From contig OY760505.1 in NCBI GenBank assembly GCA_963663545.1, forward strand, positions 3,168,001-3,232,000: a stretch of DNA of 64,000 bases. Direction: 5' to 3'. The notes under the pieces are model-generated. The model was not told where the DNA came from. It did not search any database and saw nothing but the letters and a program-made list of their open reading frames with translations. A program made the position numbers and the translations under genes. This DNA comes from Candidatus Delongbacteria bacterium. Lineage in GTDB: Bacteria; CAIWAD01. Numbering within the stretch: the first letter of the stretch is position 1; every line of letters starts with the position of its first letter. Positions 18,535-26,752 of the stretch are shown here, piece by piece.

Positions 18535-21500
18535 ATGAAAACACCAGCGCTATTCGCCGCACTTCTTTGGGCCGTCATGGTCCAGGCGGCTCAACATGGG
18601 CTAAGCTTTACTGACACTTTGCTTGTCCGCGATAAAACCCTGGGCGAAGTAGAGGTAGTGATGCGGGCTCGTCACAGCGAAGACCTGTGCTTCTGGGAGT
18701 TGGAGCGAGGCTATCCCGTCGTCTACTCCCAACTCGACAGTAGTCTCTACTATGCCGTGCCCGGCGAGCGACAGGGCTTGTGGGGGGCTTTGGTCAAGAG
18801 CGCAACACCGCTGTGGGCAGATCCCCCCGCCGGTTGCGAGCCTTGGCTGGAGAGCGGCGGCGCATGGTGGGAGGCACTGCAGGAACGCCAACAGCGGGAG
18901 TTACGAGATCCGATTACCGGAAATGCCAGGCTATGTTTCGTCAGCATTAGCGCTAGTGAGATTTTCAGTTGGATAGGCTATCACAGCCACCCCGCCCGAC
19001 GGCTTTTCGCGCTCCAGCAAGACGAATTTCTCGAAGACAGCATTAGCGCAAATCGGATCAGCCAGGATGTTAGGCTCTCTTATCCCAGCGCGAAGTCCAT
19101 TTTTGAGGCCTCAGCCAATTCCGGGGGTAACGGCGGTGTGCGGCTTCTCATGGATGATCAGCGTTGGGGGCAGTATACGCCAGAGCACCCGGGCTGGGTC
19201 AGTGAGGGCTGGAGCGCCGATACCTTGCCCATTCCGGTTCAATTGCCATTTGAGCTTTTTTCGGACCTGCAGGATGCTTCAGCCGCCGCCGTGTACGACA
19301 GTACTATGGTGCGTCTGCATGCCATGGGCGTTGACACCAGCCAACGCGATCTGAACTACTTCGTACTGGTCTGGGCGCATCCGCAGAGTTTGCTTTCGGG
19401 CTCTGTGCGCCTGCCGGTCGCTTTTGCTGGCCGTGGCATGATGATCCCATTGGATTACAACTGCAGCTTTCTTCCAACGGGTTATCTGACGCGTATGGTG
19501 CTTGGTGCTCTTGGCCTTCCCGAGCAGCCTGAAGCTTGCAGCAACCTGCCTCGTGCCAACATCCTCTGCAGGGGCTTTCTTGGAGGAGAGCAGCAGAACG
19601 GTTGGCGTCCCGCCTGGTTGGATCCGCGTACTGAGGCTCAGTTGGGCTGGCTACCCGTGAGTGTTCTTGAGCGAGGCGACGATGTCCTTTCCTGGGACAA
19701 CCAACGTCGTGTGTATGCGATGCAAATGCCCAATATGCATTGCATGTATGTAGAGGTGTTCAACTGGCGTCAACCCCATACTTGCGGTGTTCCGGATGGC
19801 ACATGTCTGCGTGCTAGCGAGCTTTACTATAGCCATTCAACGGCCAGCCTGCATCAGATCGTAGAGCTGACACCAGCTATAGAAAACGGTGGTCCGCAGT
19901 GGGGCTCCTGGCCTGGGCCTGAAGCGGATTCGCTAGTCGTGGGATTCCAGTTCACTGGCTTTGACTATGACGAGCTGCGAAGTTGGGAGATGGAACCCGC
20001 ATGTGCATCAAGCGCAGACAGCGTCGGTGCACACATTCGAATTGAGATGGACCCTGTTCCTGTGGAACTGCATTTGGTCAGTCTCGAGAAGAACGGAATG
20101 CTGTACGTTGATCTGGACTCGCTTGCCTGGGCACAATACCAGGGCTCCACATTGGAGATCCAAGTTGATGAAAACTCGTTCAGTATGCCTTTGTCTCCTC
20201 TGTTTCCGCAGCATGGCGTCGCCCTTGACCTGGGTACCAGCTTCGAGCTGTACAGTCGGCATGAGGTAGAAGTTCGCGCTCAAGTACTGGGTCAGGAATA
20301 CACACTATTTCTGAATGATGCGCTGGAGGTGACGCCCAGTAGACGTCGGCTCCTGCCTCGTCAAGTCAAGGGTGCTTTTGCGACTATGGACAATCGTCTC
20401 TTTGGTCAGGATGATTCTACGAGCTTCTACTATATCAATCAGCACTGTGTGTACACAAGACAGCATGGGTACCAGAATCACACAATACAATTGGCCGCCA
20501 TACTACCTGATCACCCTGACTGCTTCTTCGAGTGGTACAGAGTGCCATTATCTGGTGATACCTACCTCGGTCTCTACAATCTGAATTTCCCGTCAACTCC
20601 TTATTATACTTACACATGGCTTGATGTTTTCCCACCGGCAATGGCCATGGGAGAGGAGTGCCTGTTTACTCTCGGTGGGGAACTCATGCGCGCAGGCTGG
20701 GAGAGTGCCGAGTTTCATGTGGATAGCCTGCATGCCGTAGGAAGCTTGTTTTGCGTCAGCATGGTAAACGGAGTCCCGCGCATTTGCACTTCATTCCACG
20801 GCGTAGCGCGCATAATCAACCTTGCGGGGCAGGTGATTTTTGAAGAGACATTGACGGGCTATTCTGACCTGGGGCAGCCCTTTGCCATGGACTCCAATGG
20901 TGACGGATTACACGAGTTCTACATTCTGAGTAGCAGTGGCGTCTTCAAGTTGGAAGCTGAGCAAGTAGACCAATTTGTGGCGAGTTTCATCCCCACCGAG
21001 AGTGCGCCCAGGATCATCGTTCCCTTGCACCAACAGGAACGGGCGTTGCCTTTACTCCTGTGTGACGATGCCCTCTATTTTGATACCACATGCTATGGCA
21101 CAGAAGATTTGCCTGACAAACTGCTGGCGATACAATCCCTGGCCTCTGCCGAAGACCTTGACGACGACATCCTGCTGGGTGTTTTCGAACGTGGACTGTA
21201 CAGGCTCAGCTTTGGAGAAGACATGCAGATTCATCTTGGGCAGTGTCTGGCTCGTGTGCACTGTTCAGGAGAACCGCCCGTACTGACGCGCTGGAATGGG
21301 CAGGAGTTGGTGCTGTTGCAGCGAGCCGACGGCATCTGGTTGGAGTACTCCCTGGAGAACGGGACGAGCTGGTCCTGGACTGGGCGTCGTGGCGGTCCGG
21401 GCCAGCAGCGCTGTGATGCGCAGCGCGGCGTTGCACCACCCGATTCGATTAGCCTTGTCCACACAACCATTAGTTACTCGAACCGACAGGTCACGCTTCA

Positions 21501-21720
21501 CTTCGAGGTGGACAGTGCGCATCACACCATCAATGGCTTCAAGATTTTCAGAAGTACCGATCCATATCACTTCCCGCCTGAGCCGATAGCAACGGTGGGC
21601 CCTTGCGTAGATTCCTGGACGGACCCCGAGAGTCCTTTGGGTGCCTATTACCGTACTCAAGTCCGGTATGACGAACCTTATGGATACATCTGTCCCGATC
21701 GAGCTGGCATGAAACCCTGA
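18535..21720 (+). CDS. Secreted M6 (immune inhibitor A)-like metalloprotease homologue lacking HExxH
   Basis: Signal peptide MKTPALFAALLWAVMVQA. M6-type pro-region (FWELERGYPVV...LYYAV). GYLTRMVLGALGLPE sits where GxxxHExGHxLGLPD is expected, followed by PAWLDPRTEAQLGWL. An FG-GAP-like DSNGDGLHE occurs later. Confidence 0.6.
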   Translation: MKTPALFAALLWAVMVQAAQHGLSFTDTLLVRDKTLGEVEVVMRARHSEDLCFWELERGYPVVYSQLDSSLYYAVPGERQGLWGALVKSATPLWADPPAGCEPWLESGGAWWEALQERQQRELRDPITGNARLCFVSISASEIFSWIGYHSHPARRLFALQQDEFLEDSISANRISQDVRLSYPSAKSIFEASANSGGNGGVRLLMDDQRWGQYTPEHPGWVSEGWSADTLPIPVQLPFELFSDLQDASAAAVYDSTMVRLHAMGVDTSQRDLNYFVLVWAHPQSLLSGSVRLPVAFAGRGMMIPLDYNCSFLPTGYLTRMVLGALGLPEQPEACSNLPRANILCRGFLGGEQQNGWRPAWLDPRTEAQLGWLPVSVLERGDDVLSWDNQRRVYAMQMPNMHCMYVEVFNWRQPHTCGVPDGTCLRASELYYSHSTASLHQIVELTPAIENGGPQWGSWPGPEADSLVVGFQFTGFDYDELRSWEMEPACASSADSVGAHIRIEMDPVPVELHLVSLEKNGMLYVDLDSLAWAQYQGSTLEIQVDENSFSMPLSPLFPQHGVALDLGTSFELYSRHEVEVRAQVLGQEYTLFLNDALEVTPSRRRLLPRQVKGAFATMDNRLFGQDDSTSFYYINQHCVYTRQHGYQNHTIQLAAILPDHPDCFFEWYRVPLSGDTYLGLYNLNFPSTPYYTYTWLDVFPPAMAMGEECLFTLGGELMRAGWESAEFHVDSLHAVGSLFCVSMVNGVPRICTSFHGVARIINLAGQVIFEETLTGYSDLGQPFAMDSNGDGLHEFYILSSSGVFKLEAEQVDQFVASFIPTESAPRIIVPLHQQERALPLLLCDDALYFDTTCYGTEDLPDKLLAIQSLASAEDLDDDILLGVFERGLYRLSFGEDMQIHLGQCLARVHCSGEPPVLTRWNGQELVLLQRADGIWLEYSLENGTSWSWTGRRGGPGQQRCDAQRGVAPPDSISLVHTTISYSNRQVTLHFEVDSAHHTINGFKIFRSTDPYHFPPEPIATVGPCVDSWTDPESPLGAYYRTQVRYDEPYGYICPDRAGMKP

Positions 21721-21833
21721 GGAAGCGACCGAGTGCACGGGTCGCACAGGGCGATGCCGTAGAAAGCGGAGGTAACATGAGTTTCCGCCGCGAGTTATCG
21801 GGCTGATTCCAGCACGATGGATCGGATGTCTGT

Positions 21834-21874
21834 AGCACGGCTCCGGCGTTGCCGGGGCCGTTGCTGCTTTTTGT
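21834..21874 (+). terminator. Intrinsic terminator between convergent genes
   Basis: CGGCTCCGGC-GTT-GCCGGGGCCG stem followed by TTGCTGCTTTTTGTT. Confidence 0.65.
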
Positions 21875-23338
21875 TCAGGGCTTTTGCAGCAGAGATAGTT
21901 GGTGCTCGTCAGTGTAAACTACCCGCAGACCCAGTTTACCAGCAAGCCAACCAATACTTGTGGGGGAGAAGAAAGAGACATGAGTGGGATCGCGCCGGTA
22001 CCACCACGCCATGAAATCAGTGCAATCCGTATAGAACTGCGTTTGAATTGCCAAGTGGCCTCCTGGAGCAAGCAGCCCGGAAAGCCGCGCAAATTCATCG
22101 GCTACATTGTGGAAGTGCTCTACTACTTCACTACAGAGGATCAGATCCCATTTTCCTTGTGTCACATCCAGTTCGGGATAGAAGACCGGATCGTAGCCCG
22201 TTGCCTGCAAACCCATAGTTGCCAACATCGCCAGCAGAGCAGAATCTCTGCCGCAGCCGTAATCGAGAATCATTGATTGCTGGGGCAAATGATCGAGAAT
22301 GGGGCGTACCAGGTTCAGCAAAGGCCGATGGAATCGACGGTAGCCTGCATCACGCGCGTCGTTGTGATGCAGCCGATAGCGCTCTGTCTCACTCAGCGGA
22401 TCAGGTCGTAGTAGAGGATCAAGAAAAATCAGACTACATGTATCACATTTCCAGTAGCGGAGGCCGCGAGTGCTCTCTTCGTATTCACCGCATTCAGTGT
22501 GACACAGGGGACATGTACGCTTGTTGGGAAAGTCTCTTCTGCGGATCGCGGCTTTTCGTCTAGCCACAGGAACGGCGCCACGTGATACAATGGGCAACTC
22601 TTCTGGAAGCAGACCCTCCCTTTGCAGGAGTTCAAATCCCGCTGATAGATCCAGTGCTTTCAACAACTGAAGGAAGTCCTCATCTGGACGACAGCAGTAG
22701 CGCGATCCGCCCAATTCTGGGGGAAGCGCCAATTCAACGGCCACCAGAGCCAGTCGTCGCCAGCCGTAGTGCTCGGCGAGTAGCCTGTTATGCCGATTGT
22801 CGCCGTGATCCCGATCTCCCAGAATCGGATGAGAAAGCCCGGCAAGGTGGCGCCGCAATTGATGCCTTCTTCCCGTTTGCGGTTGTAGTAGCAAGAGGGC
22901 ATAGCGAACGCACTGGTGCTTGCCGAGCGCGTGAGGCCGCTCACTGCGAGCCAGGACCCGCCAAGCCGTTAAGGCCGATTTCAGGTGAATCTGGCCCTTT
23001 TCATCCGACTCTTTCAGGTCGCGATCGCAAAAACCAGCGTCGCTTGTGGGCCAGCCGCGGATCACTGCCAGATAGCTTTTTTGCATGCGGTGTGCCGCGA
23101 ACGCTTGCTGCAAATCACGAGCGCGATCAGCGTTTAGTGCCAGCAGTAGGAGCCCCGCTGTCGCACGATCTAGTCGATGCACAGGCCAGACCCATTGGCC
23201 CAACTGGTCACGCAACTGTCGCTGCAGACTGTCCTCTGTGTGTGCCAGCCTGGTGCGGTGAACGTGCAGACCGGCGGGCTTGTAGACAACTACCTCTTCC
23301 GGGCTATCTGCTAGAAGAAGCAGCTTGTTTGGCGACAT
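21875..23338 (-). CDS. truC: Fusion of a TruC/RluA-family pseudouridine synthase and a zinc-ribbon class I SAM methyltransferase
   Basis: N-half: KPAGLHVHR, VHRLDRATAG, TGRRHQLRRHL, HPILGD. C-half: CPLC...CDTC, ILDYGCG, CSEVVEHF, LAPGG, WYRRDPTHVSFF. One continuous ORF. Confidence 0.85.
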   Translation of the reverse strand: MSPNKLLLLADSPEEVVVYKPAGLHVHRTRLAHTEDSLQRQLRDQLGQWVWPVHRLDRATAGLLLLALNADRARDLQQAFAAHRMQKSYLAVIRGWPTSDAGFCDRDLKESDEKGQIHLKSALTAWRVLARSERPHALGKHQCVRYALLLLQPQTGRRHQLRRHLAGLSHPILGDRDHGDNRHNRLLAEHYGWRRLALVAVELALPPELGGSRYCCRPDEDFLQLLKALDLSAGFELLQREGLLPEELPIVSRGAVPVARRKAAIRRRDFPNKRTCPLCHTECGEYEESTRGLRYWKCDTCSLIFLDPLLRPDPLSETERYRLHHNDARDAGYRRFHRPLLNLVRPILDHLPQQSMILDYGCGRDSALLAMLATMGLQATGYDPVFYPELDVTQGKWDLILCSEVVEHFHNVADEFARLSGLLAPGGHLAIQTQFYTDCTDFMAWWYRRDPTHVSFFSPTSIGWLAGKLGLRVVYTDEHQLSLLQKP

Positions 23339-23351
23339 GATTCTACTTGGA

Positions 23352-23672
23352 TCACGCAGGCTCGCTGGCGGGCGCGTCCTGGTCCTCGGCGATCCATTGG
23401 TTCAGGATCTCCACAACCAGCTTGGCTTGATCCACTGAGCTGATGTTGAACTTGGACTGCTGCTGAAACTGGCCATTACGCTTGCGGTAGCGGCCCACCC
23501 GATACTTGATGGCGCCAAAATCGGCCTCGGGCGAAGTGCGCTCGCGGTACTTGAACATGATGGTAGTCCATGCGCCACGCGTCAGCGGCACGGCAGCCAG
23601 CTGCTGCACCAGTGTCTGGTTTGTTGCAGGATCGCGGTACTCGATACTGATGTCGTCGATTTTCTCGGCCAT
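23352..23672 (-). CDS. Conserved-looking hypothetical protein (106 aa)
   Basis: GAAAGGA RBS before ATG 23672. Sequence MAEKIDDISIEY...LTRGAWTTIMFKY...RYRKRNGQFQQQSKFNISS. Confidence 0.75.
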   Translation of the reverse strand: MAEKIDDISIEYRDPATNQTLVQQLAAVPLTRGAWTTIMFKYRERTSPEADFGAIKYRVGRYRKRNGQFQQQSKFNISSVDQAKLVVEILNQWIAEDQDAPASEPA

Positions 23673-23882
23673 AAGAATTCCTTTCGCGAAAGTGACCCAA
23701 TATAGGGTTGCGATTGAACACTTCAGCATCGACCTAGGGGTCTGGCGACGTGTATCAATGTGTGTATCACGAGTATGGATGGTACGAGGGGCGATTACCG
23801 TGTCCAGCAATGAGCTGTCAAGAGGTGCTGTGTAGTACACGCTGTATCCGACCAAGGGCACAAAACCGCGAAGGCAATGGAT

Positions 23883-24107
23883 CTAAAGCGTGCTGTAATA
23901 CAATTGAAGACAATCCGGGCAGAGTGTGTGACTGAAAGCACATTCCAGATCACGCAGGCTTTCACGTGATACATATTCGCCAACCTCATTGCGCACACGA
24001 TTGCACATGGAACAGATCGCCACAATAGGCCTACTGACGTGGCGCTCGTCCTGTATCACCAAATCCTGCGATCGCTTGGCTGTGATGTCGATTTCACCGG
24101 AAATCAT
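23883..24107 (-). CDS. Small stand-alone Cys/His (zinc-ribbon-like) protein
   Basis: AGAGGG RBS. ICSMCNRVR..G......FSHTLCPDC...YY matches the C-terminal 'ICxxCKKIR...SHGICPxC' module of many PAS and response-regulator proteins. Confidence 0.7.
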   Translation of the reverse strand: MISGEIDITAKRSQDLVIQDERHVSRPIVAICSMCNRVRNEVGEYVSRESLRDLECAFSHTLCPDCLQLYYSTL

Positions 24108-24212
24108 GGATTCACCCTCTTTCGTATCACATGTTCAGAGGGAATCGGCATTGGTGTGATCAGAATTCAGTAGTCGCGAGTCTCGGAGAGAATTTTACTG
24201 ATGAAAGAGGCT

Positions 24213-24247
24213 GGAAAATAGTGGGAGCCTGTATGCTACAGGCTCCC
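24213..24247 (-). terminator. Intrinsic terminator for the 24273-25913 gene
   Basis: Perfect 11-bp stem GGGAGCCTGTA-TGC-TACAGGCTCCC, followed on the minus strand by ACTATTTT. Confidence 0.65.
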
Positions 24248-24272
24248 GGGTGTGATACAAAGGTGAATAGCG

Positions 24273-25913
24273 CTAGCGCATCATCGTCGAAATGCTGCGT
24301 AATACGGCCGCATTGCTTCGTGATAAAGCCGGTATGTTCACTTCCAGTTCATCACGCAAGACAGGAGTACAACTCACGACCGCGCGAAAGAGGCCAGAGA
24401 CGCCCTCGGGGGCCATGGAAAAGTGCCCCGTACCCGCGTCTAGCATTCGTATTGGAACGAAGCGGTTCTCGTTCAGCGCGTGATACTCGAGCTGTAGAAG
24501 TTCGCCCGGACGCGCATCCCAACTAAACTCCAACAAGCCGTTCTGATAGCGAATGTCAAGGTGAACTGGATCACAATCCGGTGCATCGACCAGGGAAACC
24601 TCAACATCATCGATGTACCAGTCGTCACTTCTGCTTCCGGAGTAATAGAAGCCCATTGCGATTGTATCGGCACTCTGGCTTGCATGAAGCGTCAATTGCT
24701 TCCACTGTCCAGGAGCGCTGCGGTAGTTGTCACTGGACAGATCGAGAGAATAGTCCCAGTAGACGCTGTCTGCTTGCATATGTCCTAGAATCAGGCCGTG
24801 TACCTCCGTAGCCGCGGGATTCCGCTGACTATGCATGAAACTGAGTTGCAGGTTTTGCATTTCCGGATTCGGTACCAGCGTCCACATCAGACTTCTCTGT
24901 GTATCACTATTCTGCGGAGCTGCGTGCAGAGCCACATTGCCATGTGCGCCTGTACCACGGTCGACGTGCCACGAGTTACCGGATCCACACAGATCCGAGG
25001 TGAACCAAAGCTCTTCCTCAACACCGTCCCAGTTGCGTGTCAGCTGCTGACAAGTGGAGTAGCGTAGCTTGAGATGTTCTTCGAGCAGATGACTTCCGGT
25101 TGCATCACGCCAGTAGCAGCCAATACGGCAGCTATCCTCACCGGTCTCCACCGCTGACGTCACGTAGGAGAGAAACAGCGTATCACCGGGAGCTAGTTGG
25201 CGGGGCAGATTGACGTCTGACAGTTGAATGCTGCTCCCATCCGCTAGTCCAACTTGTTCCACCTGCAGGGTGCCGGGGCCGCGATTCCACAGGGGGAGTA
25301 GTCCCTCGCCGACGGCGCGGACACTGCCTAGATTGGTGCAGCAGGCCAACTCGAGTTGTGCACAGGGGGGCGTCTCGTCTTCATAGGCGATTTGCAGACG
25401 CTGCTGAAGATCATCAGCGGCTGGCCAGCCAAGCCAGCCTTCGCCATCCCCGAGCAAACAGCTATTGTTGAGTCCTTCACCACAGTAGAGTGTGAGATAC
25501 TCAGTATCCATGGGCTCGAACGCCCAAACCAACCAACTATCGCCTACGGGTAGATCAAGGCCCTCTTCGCCCAAGGGAAACTCGGTCCACTCAGGCCATA
25601 AGTGTGCAGCGTTAGTGGAAAAGGAAAAACCAGTACCGATTGCAGCACCTGGCTGACCGAGCGCGTCTTCGTGAAGGTGAACACTAAGATTTCCCGGAAC
25701 AGGGCTTTCGATGCGCAAGGCAAAGGCCCGTAGCTGGGCCGGAGTACAGACGCTGACGCGTTGGGCAATCACATTTGGGATTCCGCCGATTTCTCCAGCG
25801 GGTAACTTCAGTTTGAGTCGTGCCTGATCGTCAAGGGCATCCTGCCAGCAAGTCGAAGCTGCTAACGGACGCAGAACCAGGGCGAGGGCGCAGAGAAGCA
25901 GTGCGAGGTTCAT
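24273..25913 (-). CDS. Secreted multidomain beta-sandwich protein (Ig-like ASH-type plus MAM/cleaved-adhesin-like domain)
   Basis: Signal peptide MNLALLLCALALVLRPLAA. LWNRGPGTLQV...LAPGDT (Ig-like). FYYSG...DDWYIDDVEV (jelly-roll end motif). Confidence 0.7.
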   Translation of the reverse strand: MNLALLLCALALVLRPLAASTCWQDALDDQARLKLKLPAGEIGGIPNVIAQRVSVCTPAQLRAFALRIESPVPGNLSVHLHEDALGQPGAAIGTGFSFSTNAAHLWPEWTEFPLGEEGLDLPVGDSWLVWAFEPMDTEYLTLYCGEGLNNSCLLGDGEGWLGWPAADDLQQRLQIAYEDETPPCAQLELACCTNLGSVRAVGEGLLPLWNRGPGTLQVEQVGLADGSSIQLSDVNLPRQLAPGDTLFLSYVTSAVETGEDSCRIGCYWRDATGSHLLEEHLKLRYSTCQQLTRNWDGVEEELWFTSDLCGSGNSWHVDRGTGAHGNVALHAAPQNSDTQRSLMWTLVPNPEMQNLQLSFMHSQRNPAATEVHGLILGHMQADSVYWDYSLDLSSDNYRSAPGQWKQLTLHASQSADTIAMGFYYSGSRSDDWYIDDVEVSLVDAPDCDPVHLDIRYQNGLLEFSWDARPGELLQLEYHALNENRFVPIRMLDAGTGHFSMAPEGVSGLFRAVVSCTPVLRDELEVNIPALSRSNAAVLRSISTMMR

Positions 25914-26081
25914 GTTCTGGTTCCTGTTTCTTCGTTCCCGTCTGATTGCGGTGACGCCTTTTCGGACATCGTTGGCAATAGAATAGGGCTTTGCGGCTCC
26001 TTGAAGTGTGAGCCAGAACACGAGAGCGAGGGGATTTTGGTACCTTGAAATGTTTTCGCCTTGTCATTGCCTGGAGGCCCA

Positions 26082-26666
26082 ATGTATCTACGCATGATTC
26101 ACCTGCTACTTCTGGTTAGCCTAAGCTGCTTGCGAGCCGATCCCTTGGAAACCTTGGTGGTCCCGCAAAGCAAAAGTCGCGTACCCGACCGTTCGGAACG
26201 TATCGACATTGTGTGGCCATCGGATCAGGGCTGGACGGAGACTGGTCGCGAGACGCAGGATCACGTACAGACAATCAGCTTCGTGAGCGAGACGGAATTC
26301 TCCCACGCGGACATCACCACTTTCTACGGTATGTGGGACGCAGACTACGATAAAGCCCGTCGACTGTTTGTAGGAAAGGTGCGTCAGGAGTGTGACAGCC
26401 TGCATGTACAACCGTGGGTGCAGACGAATGAAGGCGTGCGCCGCACGATTCAGGTTTACGAATGCCATTCGGATCAACCCTACTGCCTGATCCAGCTACT
26501 GTTGCAGGGGGTTGACAACTTCTACGCTGTGGAGGTTTATCATCCACGGGGGATTGCCCACGAGGGACAGCTTCTGCCCTGGATCGAGCTCTTCAAGGAT
26601 GTGAATCCGTGTTACCAGGGAGGAGAGAATTCGCCCTGCAACAGCGAAATCTGGCCTGAACACTAG
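26082..26666 (+). CDS. Secreted hypothetical protein
   Basis: GGAGG RBS before ATG 26082, signal-peptide-like N-terminus, fills the intergenic gap. Confidence 0.65.
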   Translation: MYLRMIHLLLLVSLSCLRADPLETLVVPQSKSRVPDRSERIDIVWPSDQGWTETGRETQDHVQTISFVSETEFSHADITTFYGMWDADYDKARRLFVGKVRQECDSLHVQPWVQTNEGVRRTIQVYECHSDQPYCLIQLLLQGVDNFYAVEVYHPRGIAHEGQLLPWIELFKDVNPCYQGGENSPCNSEIWPEH

Positions 26667-26752
26667 TCCAAAGGATCTATACTTCTTTTGGATACTTCTG
26701 GCTTTTTTCGTATCTTCATGAAATTCAAACTGTTTGGAAGCAAAAGCGACAA

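Noticed and set aside
23673..23861. N-terminal extension of the 23352 ORF given in the ORF track
   Set aside because: A clear RBS precedes ATG 23672 and the extension looks non-coding. Over-long starts were trimmed in the same way for purD, cysS, the flavoprotein and the UbiA gene.
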